Shown here: piece by piece, positions 29,050-40,150 of the stretch
Position numbering within the stretch: position 1 is the first letter of the stretch
Layout: every line of letters starts with the position of its first letter
NCBI GenBank assembly: GCA_030141605.1
Contig: JAQGDQ010000091.1
Location: 124,001-188,000, forward strand
Direction of reading: 5' to 3'
From: Tubiluchus corallicola
Lineage: Eukaryota; Animalia; Priapulida
DNA length: 64,000 nt
Notes under the pieces: model-generated
The model's input: the letters and a program-made list of their open reading frames with translations, nothing else
Told to the model about the DNA's origin: nothing
Database searches by the model: none
Translations under genes and position numbers: made by a program

Positions 29050-31172
29050 ATAGGAGATCAGAAAGGAGAGGCTCCAGCTCTTGAAAGATTAACAGAAAAT
29101 GATAAAAAATGTAAAAAAAAACAAAATGGCTACAAAGTTTTTACAGAGACAATGTAAATCAAAACAAGTTCCCTGAAAATTAAAATTATTAAGCGATTAT
29201 GACATCTGCTTCAGAGCCTTTGCAATCTATTTCTACTACTTTTGTTACAAAAATGGTTGCGGTTTTCAAAATGGCTGCGACACAAAAAAAATTATGCCGA
29301 TGAATTATATTACCTATTCATCTAAAGATTTATTATAAAAACAAAAAGCAGGTCATTTTTATTAATTTGACCTTGTTGACTCTATATACTGCCACACTAA
29401 CAACTAATAATAAGAAATAAACAAAAAAGAAAATCGCTACCAGGTCCTGACGTATAGTCCAGCAGAATCGCATTTCGTCTGAAAGTTATGAAATTTAGCA
29501 CAATGCTAGAACCCATCAAGATGATTAATTTTGGACAAAAAGGTTATCCAATACGGAAGCCATTTTCAAGGTGACCTATAAGACGGCTCGCTAGCATATA
29601 AAGGTTATATCTTAACTATTAGAACAGATACGATGATGATTTTGCAGTCTAAATATAGGTTTTTTTAAAGATCAAATTACTAATAACTAATGCTAAAAAG
29701 CACTTATGTGTTCTAACAGCTAAGATACAGCTTTAGAAAACTAGCAACAGCCTTCCATCTTCTAGACCACTCTGAAAAGGCGGCAATGTTGAAAGATTTT
29801 GTTTGGCCTCATATCCCAAATTAATCATTTTGATGGGTTTTAGCTTTGTCTACAAGACTAATATTTTGGGAATTTCAAGGTGTCAAGATGGCTGCTTCAG
29901 CATACATTAGCTATATATTGCATGTTCTAAGGCAGACAGGACGATAATTTTAGTATCTAGATATAAGGCTTTAAAAGTAAAAGCTATAGATTAGTGTCCA
30001 ATGAGGCTGCCACTTTTAAGATTGCCATCCTAGCTTCAGATAAAAGCGACATCATAGTTATCAGAACAGATAAAATGATGATTTTGGTGTGTAAATGTAG
30101 TTTTTTTCAGTGATCAATGCCCCGACCAACAGTACCTACCTGATATACCACTCCTCTGGTGTGCCCCCGACTGTTGGACAGGTGGTATATGTTGGAGAAA
30201 TTGTCACCAAAAAACCTTTCCTTCCTAGTGAACAAGCCTTTACTGGCTTTGTGAACTGACGCCTATGTGCTAGCTTTGTGATACACGAATACAAAACATT
30301 CCAGCACAGGCATGAGTTTAGTCAATAGTTCCGTTCTGGTAGTGTTTCCTAAAAATACATTGTTTCTGTTATGTGGGCCAAGCGATCTTTTTTCTGTAAA
30401 AACTGAAGTCTGGTTGCAAACAGTATTGGCATGGATTGCTCAAAGAGCTGATTTTTTCCAGGATCAATAGCATTCACATTTTCATATGGCGTAAGATATA
30501 GTTTTTATAAATCAGCAACAGCTACCATTCTGAAAATGTTGGTCATATAGGTACTACCCTAAATCCTTAACCTTTAAAGCCTACATATAGAAATGAATAT
30601 TATAGTCCTATTAACCTTAGGTTGGGCAATATAGCTAATATATGATACAAGCGGCTACATGTATTATGGCAGCCATTTTGAAATCCTAACTGAGGTGATG
30701 TCATAGGTGTTTCTGGGCATCAGAAATTGATTCCTTGAAACTGAAACCCCTAAACGTTCCTTCCAAATTCAATAAGCTCCAGTTGTTTTGTTTTTTGTTT
30801 GAGTAATGAATCTTATGATTTAACTGCATATTCAGCATTATTTCGTTAACGCATAGTGGCCATTTTGAAAATGTTATGAAATAAAAATCACAGAAATGGG
30901 CCCTGCAGGTCCAACTACCCTGGAATAGATGTCATATTGGCTTCTTAATGTTAATTATCAGAAAATTTCTATTGACTTACACTGTTTGTGCAAAAACTTG
31001 CCGGCCATTTTGTTTTTTGCATATTTAGCGCCTTTTCGCTAATTTTTCGAGTAGGCAACAGCTTTTTTTCGGATTCAGGATAGTCGAATTAATAAGACTG
31101 GTTATGTTGCCCACTTTTAGAAAAAAATGCCTCTAGATGTCCACTTTTCTGAAAATGGGACTATAGACTACT
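29050..31172. repeat. Non-coding interspersed repeat (probable DNA-transposon derivative) with recurrent AAAATGGCT/GCCATTTT and GATGATTTT..TCTAAATATAGG motifs
   Basis: Motif copies at ~29630, ~29940 and ~30075, and inverted at ~30575. No matching terminal pair identified. Confidence 0.4.
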
Positions 31173-31554
31173 GCAGAGTGCCTATTATAAAAAGAAAAAC
31201 TTTAATTTATTGTGCTCAATTCAATTTAAGTTCAAATCATTATGTACTCCCAGTTCTCCCAAGTTCCATTTCATTGAGCTGTGCAGTAAGATTATACTTA
31301 AATTATTACGTAGACCTGCTAACTAAAAGACCGTTGTTTTACTACTAGAATCGGCATGCAAAAAGCAAGCCAGCCAGTTTTATGAAATCTTAGTTAACTT
31401 CAATTTTTGACCAGTGCTAATTACAGGCCTTTTTTCTAAGCGTTGTTTGTTCCTGATATTTGACTGAAACGAACATTATGAACGAATATCCATTACGCCT
31501 GTTACGGACAATGAGCACTAGACAGAACTGGCAATTTGAGCAATTACAAACAAT

Positions 31555-32165
31555 TCTTCTTCATCTTCTTTTCTTCTAAATCTCATTCCACCTGTTGTAG
31601 GCATTGATATATGAACATTTATCAGAGTATTCCACCCACTTCTATCTGCAGCTAACAGTGTAAGTACTTCTACTCCTAAAGATAGATTTGGTTGAAGTTG
31701 TGGAACATCTTTATTTGTCTTAGCTTTCCAAGTTGCTTTAGGTTTACCAGGTGGTATTTTACAAGGTTTTAATGCTTCATTTAAGGCGATTCTTAGTGGT
31801 GCTTCACTTTGTAATCTCATTTAATCTTCAGATCTTGACTTTTGAACTGCAATAAATTTCTTTTGTATAAATCTTCATTTTTTTATTATGTATGGCCATC
31901 TTATCTTTAAAACTTTCCTAAGAAGACTTCTATGAAATGTGTCAGTCCGCTTTTCTTGAGTAATTGTTAAACCGCAAGTTTGAAGTTTTATCAATGATAA
32001 TAATTAATAATAAAACTTCCAAACTTCGCTGGTGTACATGTAAATATGCTGGTAACGTAAGCATTAAATGATGGAAGTCTTACGTTAAGACTTAATTTCT
32101 TGCTAGTTAATACATTCTTGTGCTGAAGAAAAGCCTGCATTGCTTGTTGCTTTCTGCTTTTACGA
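31555..32165 (-). mobile_element. Degenerate 3' end of an RTE/RTE-X-like LINE
   Basis: Frameshifted peptides LTSKKLSLNVRL..FNAYVTSIF, RSLLRKVLKIRWP, ..PPGKPKATW..LAADRSGW, ending in a GAA-rich tail. Confidence 0.7.
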
Positions 32166-32438
32166 ACAATTCCATCTCGTTTTGCCAAAACGTTTTACCA
32201 GCAATACGGGAAATTAGAGTTTAGAAACAACTGTTCAACGATTTTGGTTTTCGCAAAAGATTTCTTTTATTAGGTCTTTTAGATATTTGGCGCCATTCGC
32301 TTTGGTGTTTCTTCTTGTTTTGAAAGTGTAATTTGTAGTCGATGTTTAGCACTTTTTCTCTCGTCTTGCTAGTTTTTACGTTGTAAGTGTACGTTGTGAC
32401 CTGCAAATTGAAGGTCAAAAGAACTCTTTTACTTTCTT

Positions 32439-33569
32439 ATGCTGTTTCATTATTTTAGCAGGATATTACGTTTTTCACGATATAATATTGTAGATCCTGC
32501 TAGTGCTAGTCTACTGAGAAAATTCTGCAACCACAACAAATCTTTTTTAACGTTTAACGCGTGGAACCTATTGCCTCTTGAGAACACCTCGGTTCTGATC
32601 ATTTCTACTAGAAGCAGCATTAAGCTAAATAAGGAAATCATGACAGATTCAAAACGAAAAAGTGGTGAAAAATCAAAAGAAAGTGGACCAGCAAAGAAGT
32701 CTAAAAAATTCATAGATGAAACTGGCGATGGTGTAGCAACTACCTCTTTAGTAGGATTGGATTTCTCAGCAGGAGATTCCATGACAGCAGATGGTAAAGC
32801 CTGGAATATGAAAATCTCCTCATGGAATGTCAATGGTTTAAGAGCATGGATGCAGAAAGGGGGTATCGAGTATATTATTAAAGAAAACCCAGATATTGTT
32901 TGTTTACAGGAGACAAAATGCAGTGAAAAGGCTATTCCTGCAGAAGCATCAATTAGTGGTTACCATGTGTACTGGCTTTCTGGAGATACAGAAGGGTATT
33001 CGGGTGTAGGACTGTTTAGTAAAGCAGAACCAATTTCTGTTAAATTTGGCATAGGTGTAGATAAACATGATAAAGAAGGCAGAGTGATTACAGCAGAATA
33101 TGAAAAGTTCTATCTGGTAGGAGCATATGTACCAAATGCAGGGAAAAAATTAGTGCGTTTGGATTACAGGCAAACTTGGGATGAAGATTTCAGAAAGTAT
33201 TTGAAAAATCTCGATGGTAAAAAGCCAGTTGTGTTATGTGGTGATTTGAATGTGTCTCACAAAGAAATTGATTTGGCTCGACCAAAGAACAACCATCGTA
33301 ATGCTGGTTTTACTGATGAAGAAAGAGAGGGCTTCACAGAGTTACTTGACTCTGGTTTTACTGATGCTTATCGCCATTTTTATCCTGATAAAACTAATGC
33401 TTACACTTTCTGGACATTTATGATGAACGCAAGAGCAAAAGATGTTGGCTGGCGGCTTGACTATTTCGTTGTTTCCAACAAACTAGTTAAAAATTTATGT
33501 GATTCCATGATTCGCAAATCTGTCATGGGTAGTGACCATTGCCCCATTGTACTTCTTTTGTGTGTGTAA
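32439..33569 (+). CDS. APEX1: AP endonuclease 1 (ExoIII family), no introns in the CDS; alternative start at 32640
   Basis: [88 protein letters not shown] and GSDHCP; basic NLS-like N-terminus. Confidence 0.97.
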   Translation: MLFHYFSRILRFSRYNIVDPASASLLRKFCNHNKSFLTFNAWNLLPLENTSVLIISTRSSIKLNKEIMTDSKRKSGEKSKESGPAKKSKKFIDETGDGVATTSLVGLDFSAGDSMTADGKAWNMKISSWNVNGLRAWMQKGGIEYIIKENPDIVCLQETKCSEKAIPAEASISGYHVYWLSGDTEGYSGVGLFSKAEPISVKFGIGVDKHDKEGRVITAEYEKFYLVGAYVPNAGKKLVRLDYRQTWDEDFRKYLKNLDGKKPVVLCGDLNVSHKEIDLARPKNNHRNAGFTDEEREGFTELLDSGFTDAYRHFYPDKTNAYTFWTFMMNARAKDVGWRLDYFVVSNKLVKNLCDSMIRKSVMGSDHCPIVLLLCV

Positions 33570-33913
33570 GCTAACACAAAAGCATAGCGTTCAAAAACTC
33601 ATGATTATTGATAGGGTTTTTGGTTCTTCTCATAAGCCCGTCTTTGACATTTTAAGTTAATTGTCAAACGTTAAATATTAAAATATTTTGTTTCATTTTA
33701 AATTGTTGAGTTCCCTAAAATGGTGAATAAATAGGATGTTTATTATTTCTAGTTTAAAATGTAGTTTCAGCAACAGGTTTTGACAGTTCCTATGTATTTG
33801 TAATGTTCTAATAGAAAGTTTATTGTGAAACACAGGTAACGTGTCAGTTTTATTATACTATTTTGGTACAATAATAAATATACATTTTTTTGTATTTTTC
33901 ATAGTTTGATTAA

Positions 33914-34164
33914 CAAGTTTTGTGTGTTTAAGGACATGTAACAACAAGTAGAGCCAAAGTTCTTTTAATGATGGCGAGCTTTGCTAATTTATTCTTACTT
34001 AAGTGCAGTCAAACCTTATAATGCCCCCTTTGTAATGCCCAAGTTTTGTGTGTTTAAGGACATGTAACAACAAGTAGAGCCAAAGTTCTTTTAATAATGG
34101 CGAACTTTGCTAATTTGTTCTTACTTAAGTGCAGTCAAACCTTATAATGCCCCCTTGTAATGCC
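33914..34164. repeat. Tandem duplication, 2 x ~126 bp
   Basis: caagttttgtgtgtttaaggacatg...tgtaatgcc starts at 33914 and again at 34040 with few differences. It copies the left end of a CAGTCAAACC-type MITE (~34132-34292). Confidence 0.9.
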
Positions 34165-35164
34165 AACCTCACTTAATCGCTAAATTTTTGACAAAATAAA
34201 ATGTCTATATTTGCATAGATATGTATCTACACTTTGCAATAATGCCAACTTTCTGGAGTCCCAAACTGGGTGGTATAAGGAGGTTTGATGGTGTATTTCT
34301 CTCTGTAGACAAAGTGTTGGCCTTAATATAAGCACTGAAACTTTATTTATTGAGTTGACACCTTATGAAAAAGCTACCATTAAGCACTAAGCTTGTTACT
34401 ATATCTACAAATCACTGTGTGCCAATACGTGTGGTACTAATTATATTGTGAAACAAATGCTGGTACACTTGCCTTCTAATTATTGCTGTGTTTACTTGCC
34501 TGTTTAGAGGTAAATTTGCCTTGTCTGGTAAGGTCACTGTATGTTAGATGTACATGTAAAGTATCAACAGCCGATTTCATTTGCATTTATGCTAATGGAA
34601 ACAATGCAGTATTCATTTCTTACTGATCACAGTTTGTTAGCACAAAATGTCAAATAAGTCCATAATATCAGAAATGAAATTGGAGATTCTAAAGTACTGT
34701 ACAAACCGTATTTGTATTGTAGTGATATTCAGTGAACTGAAAATAAGTCAAATTCAACTTAGTTTGTGTGACGGTTAACCATCTAGAAAAGACCAAGTCA
34801 ATTGACTGCAAGAAGAAAGTTTTGGCATTTTCCAATGCACTATATATGTCTCATTAAACTGCATTTATATTATATGCTCTGACTGAGTCTGACATCCTTG
34901 CAAAAGCAAAACTAATGATTTCTAGACATAAATTGCTTTATTATTGCAGAGGTAGATGATATTAAACACACAATGGCAGACAAGCAAAATGACCCAAAAG
35001 TAAGTTGGGAAACTCTCAAGTAATCTATATATTCTGTGCTTGAACCAGCGGAAAATGCACAACTCGTTTTTTTTAATATAGGGATTATCTTTTGGGGGTT
35101 TGCAGAGAATCAAATTACGTGTACATGTAATTATTGGGCTAACTACTATTGTAAACAGTAAACA

Positions 35165-35538
35165 AGTTTAAATCTAGCTCAGTGAATACACATACATGTA
35201 TATTGTTAGGATAAAACAGAAGAGAAAATATATTATATTAGAAATGAGGCTGGGATGTTCTGAAATAATTTGATGCTGCAGAAAGAGAGCAGTGCTTTCA
35301 ACATAGGGAGGAGGGTCCAGTCAAAGGCAAAAACAATTAAAAAAAATGATTTAGAGTTTAAATCTAGCTCAGTGAATACACAAACATGTATATTGTTTGG
35401 ATAAAACAGAAGAGGAAATATATTGTATTAGAAATGAGGTTGGGATGTTCTGAAATAATTTGATGCTGGAGAAAGAAAGCAGTGGGAGTTGCAGTGGGGA
35501 GGAGGGTCCAGTCAAAGGCAAAAACAATTAAAAAAATG
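35165..35538. repeat. Tandem duplication, 2 x ~190 bp (diverged)
   Basis: agtttaaatctagctcagtgaatacac...gggtccagtcaaaggcaaaaacaattaaaaaaa occurs at ~35165 and ~35355. Confidence 0.88.
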
Positions 35539-35918
35539 TAATACAGAAAAATAAAAATAAGCAAAAATGTGCAACACCAAGTCACCAACAGGTGATGCTA
35601 GAATTGATCAGAGCAAGAAGTAATGCAATGGAAAAGGTGTAGTGGAGAGTATATGGAGTAACCTGTTGCCCAATTTAAAACTTTTATATAAACATACACA
35701 CAGGTATTGTACCGATGTTACTAAGATTTTAAAAGCATGATATTTATTTCCTAACATTGTCTCAGTCTAATAAGAACATGCTTTTTAGGCAATGATTAGG
35801 CATAAATCTAATCTAATATATATATACACGAGGATGCCCATAGATAGATACAGTAAAAACTGTGGGCATCCTCGTCTACTGCCTGCCCTGATTACCATGT
35901 AGCATTTAAAACACTTAA

Positions 35919-38612
35919 GAAGGAGTCCGCGAGAGCACCATGCAGAGGGTGGCACATGAGGGGTGACGAATTTATATCATTTTTTTCTAACATGAAGGGC
36001 GACCCCCCAAAACCATGTAACCAAGATATCAAATCGATCGAGCTACTATTAGCAGAAAAATGACCACATCAAGAAATTGACCTCAAAAGAGGCAAAAAAT
36101 CGCTATTTTGGGGGGTTATTTTAACTTTTTCTCCTGTAGAAACTATTATAGATGGGTCGATGTAAGTTAGCTGGTACATAGACCCAGACATTGTCTTCTG
36201 ATATCCTAACTTTTTCTGACATACTATTAATAGTATCAGAGAACGGGATTTTTCAAATTCGGCTCTTTGTTGTTAAGAGTCCAGGGAGAGGTTAAGTTGT
36301 AAGGCTCATAACTCGCCCACTGCAGGGCTACAGAACTTCTGGTTTTCATGTATGTGTTAACCATCATCCTCACTAATAATATAAAAAAGAAAATTCGCTG
36401 GAGCCTGTTTCAGTGTTTAGTACTGGCACTTTAAAATTTCACAAAAATCAGCAAAATTCGCCTTTTTTGTAGTTAATCAATATTTTTTCTATCTATGTGC
36501 TGGATTATAAGTGACAAATCTGTATTCTAAATTTCATGAAAACGCACGAGCTAAGGTAATATCATGAATGACATTATATAGAGGGGGCACTGTTAGAAAA
36601 AATTACCATATCAACACACTTTTTTACTTTCCATAGTAATTCCGTCCATGTGTAAAAAGTAGACATACTTGGCTCAGGTCGTTATATGACAGTAGACAAT
36701 AGATTCCTTTGCCATGGAAATTACTAGACATTTGCGAATTTCATCTTAAATTGGTTTAGTTATGTCGGAATTTTCATATGACTACAAATATATTGACTCT
36801 TCTGATGGATTTCTGGACAGGACATCATGCATGCCCCTAGTACCGAGTCCGACCCTGATTCAGGGCATTCTCTACACACTGAATCGCTAGTGGATACCAG
36901 GAAAGACTAAACAATAAGCCCTCTAATAGAAAAGAAGTACCGATTGTTAAGATTGAGAGTCATTGCTAGCGAATGAATCTGACAACACTTGGTATATATA
37001 TATATATAAAATAGAAATCCGTTCATTTTTATACATCCGTTTATTTTTTATACTTTTTATATGAATAAGCTTCATGGCTATACATAGAAGATTATGAATG
37101 TCAGTACAAAAATGAAAAAACTACAAAACTCAGTCAGAATTAATTTCTCTAAGTCCAAAATACTGTTCCTATTGTAGCAGCATAATCCTATCACTGAAGA
37201 GTAGTACAAGTAATCAAAACCATAATATCTAAATAATAGAGAAAGAATTATCGATGCAGGTAGATTAGCACTAGAAGATAGATACAGAAATATAGACAAA
37301 TATATCATGGGGAAAGTGATAAAGTGAAAATCTTACAGTCTAAACATGAGACAATATAAGCGTATGGGTCGCTTCTAGGGGGATGGCGGTGATATTTAGC
37401 TCAGAAAATTTATTTGTGGCACAAAATCGATACTTCTGACAAAAAATATTAATAGTGTGATTGAATGATTGCGCCAATGGCACAAAAATTTTCGATGTTT
37501 TACAGTCTAAAAATCACCGGACAAATGATATCAAGTCTGTCCCATATTTTTTGGGCTTTCGCTCAGATTTAGGGCAATTTTCTTTGTGTCCTGGCTTGTA
37601 CGCATATGTAAGACAATGAGTAATAACTAGGTAATAACCTGTACATAACATTTACAAAGCATAGAAAATAAACAGTACATAAAACATTTTCCAGTCCTTG
37701 CAAGAAGCAATTTCCATTCCGTAGATATTTCATTTTTTTAAGATTGGAAGCGCTCTAAATGCGGTCCAGTGTCTTTAGTACAGTCACTATACAGGCAATA
37801 GAGTCACAATATTCGTTTCGTGCAGATAACTAGTCACAATGCCGCATTTAACGCTGGTAAACAGTCAAGAAAACGAACATTTTAGTTCAGCAGTGGCCGC
37901 CATCTTGAATGCTGGAGTCCAATCCTGTCGGTAGTTTAACCAATGTGCTGGCCAGGCCCCTAGTTGCCAAAGATGAATATTTATGATGTTTTGACGTATT
38001 TTGACAAGATTTGACAACTCATGTTTACCTACACGAAGCTTTTTGATGAACGTTGTTAGCTATATTTTCACCCTGATATATGCCTCTTTCGGGGGTCTTT
38101 TACAATAGGGTGGAAATTCGCTCCATCGAAATTGTCACTGCAGCATAGTGGGATGGGATGCTCTATTCACATACATATCGATATTTTTGTCCCCGCCCCC
38201 GCAGTGGGTGAGATATAAGACTTTGAAATGACTGAGTATTTGCATCTTGCACGTAATGTGAGCTTAAAGACCCCCAGTAGAGCCGAAAGAGGTGGGTTTG
38301 GGACAAAAGTCGAAAAGTCATTTTGGAGAACATAACAAGATCCAATACTGTGCAGAGTCAGATCTATTCAAACTCAGTGGTTGCTGCATGGCTAATCCTT
38401 CAAATATGAGTAAAAAATAGAGAAAAATAGGTATTTTTTCATGAAAATCGGCCTATGCCGTACCTCTGCTACCATGAGGAGTTGGGCCAAGCGGATTCAC
38501 ATAGTGAATACTAGTGACTAGTGGACCTCATACCCGAACTTTGGTCCGAATCGGTTACCTAGCCTTGTGCCGGGATTTTTCGATTTTGCATGGTCTTCTC
38601 GCGGACGCGCTC
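35919..38612. mobile_element. Non-autonomous TTAA-target DNA transposon (Kolobok-like), ~2.7 kb
   Basis: TTAA|GAAGGAGTCCGCGAGAGCACCATGCA ... TGCATGGTCTTCTCGCGGACGCGCTC|TTAA: imperfect 26-bp TIRs, TTAA flanks, purine-purine 5' termini. No internal ORF. Confidence 0.7.
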
Positions 38613-39143
38613 TTAAATTTTTTGTAAGAAAAGAATTAATACAATCGTGTGATTAAAACTGGAAGTAACTATAACTCACTTAGCCTGTTATACCAATTGA
38701 CCAGAATTCCATACGAAAGTTTCGTGTCCTCTGGAAGCCATACAGAGTGAAGGGCACGTATATACGTTGTGATTGTAGCCTGAATAAACCAATAATTATG
38801 TTACATGCAGGCAAGCCTAAATTTAGCATTTACTGGTAGGCTAAAATTGATGTGCATACTGGATAATGTGTGGCTGTGGCTTGCATGACCTACTCATGAT
38901 CATTAACGACTAACGAGGCAAAATTAACAAGGGCTGTAGTATTCTTAGGTCTTTAGTGGCACACTTGAATTATCTATTTAAAAAAACTATGCTACAAACT
39001 GACAAGTCTTGCTATAATAACTATTTTCGTGCACAATGCATCATAACAATTTCGAATACGTTCACATTAAGCGGTCGTAAACAACGCTAGCTTAACGATA
39101 CCTTATTGAAGAACTCCTGCGCATGAGCGCAAAAACGACCAGA

Positions 39144-39850
39144 CCGAGTAACGCACTAGCCGAAGTAGGACACTTCTGGTAAAACGTATGTGCTAAATTT
39201 GCGGAAAAGCAGCCCATGGGCAGCCCAAGTGAGGCACTTGCGATTTGTGTCGAGAATCGAGATTTATGACATAATAAAACATAAAACTAAATTTCTTTTA
39301 GAAAAAACCAACTTTATAACAATGTTGGATAGTCCTTGACAAGTTACAAATGTATTTTTTACAACAATATCATCATTATTATTAGCTCCATTAATATCAT
39401 CATAACATTAAACTAAGTATCTAATGCTTTAAAAAGAGAAACTATGTAGGGCACATAATTCGCTAACCCGTTTACTTAGTAGAAAGCAATTATTTGTTTA
39501 TAAGGGAGTGAAAAGGATCACCTGTCTGTGAAGCAAGGCAAAATAAAAAATGATATACCTTATGTAAATGTTGGAATCGCCTAAAAAGTGCGCTTATTTC
39601 ACTTCAAAGAAGATTAATATTGGCAAATATTAATTATACTAGCTCAGAATAAAATTATTGTATTTTAACAGATGTACAATAAATTATTCAACGTATATTG
39701 ACGTTTTTAATTATTATTATTATTACATAAACAAGTACAACTCACGGTGCCAGTACGCTTAACGACTCAATTCGCAAATTGTCTCCAGTGTCTTACTTGG
39801 GCAGCCCATGTACGCCAATTGTCCTACTTCGGCTAACGGATTACTCGGCG
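39144..39850. mobile_element. MITE-like element with ~100-bp inverted ends; a third copy of the end lies at 42262-42364
   Basis: CCGAGTAAcgcacTAGCCGAAGTAGGACA (39144) versus TGTCCTACTTCGGCTAAcggaTTACTCGG (~39820-39848). The same motif plus CGCCCAACAC occurs at 42327-42364. Confidence 0.6.
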
Positions 39851-39899
39851 CCCAACACGCTTAACGACTCAATTCGCGACAGTCTCTAGTCGTTGCGTT

Positions 39900-40150
39900 T
39901 CAAAGGCGAAATCACAGAAACATTTTGGGTATTAGATGGCCAAAGAAAATTTCAAACAAAGATCTATATGAAAAAATAAAAGAAGAACCTTGGACAAGAA
40001 AAATAAAAAGACGCCGTTTAAGATGGATTGGGCATATGCTTAGACTACCTGTTCCAGTGAAGATAGCTCTTCAATAAGCCATAGAACCAGCTAAAAAACC
40101 TGCAGGAGGACAAATGTTAACATACTTAGATTTTGTACAGAAAGATTAAA
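39900..40150 (+). mobile_element. RTE/RTE-X-like LINE 3' fragment
   Basis: Translates as GIRWPKKISNKDLYEKIKEEPWTRKIKRRRLRWIGHMLRLP. Confidence 0.7.
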
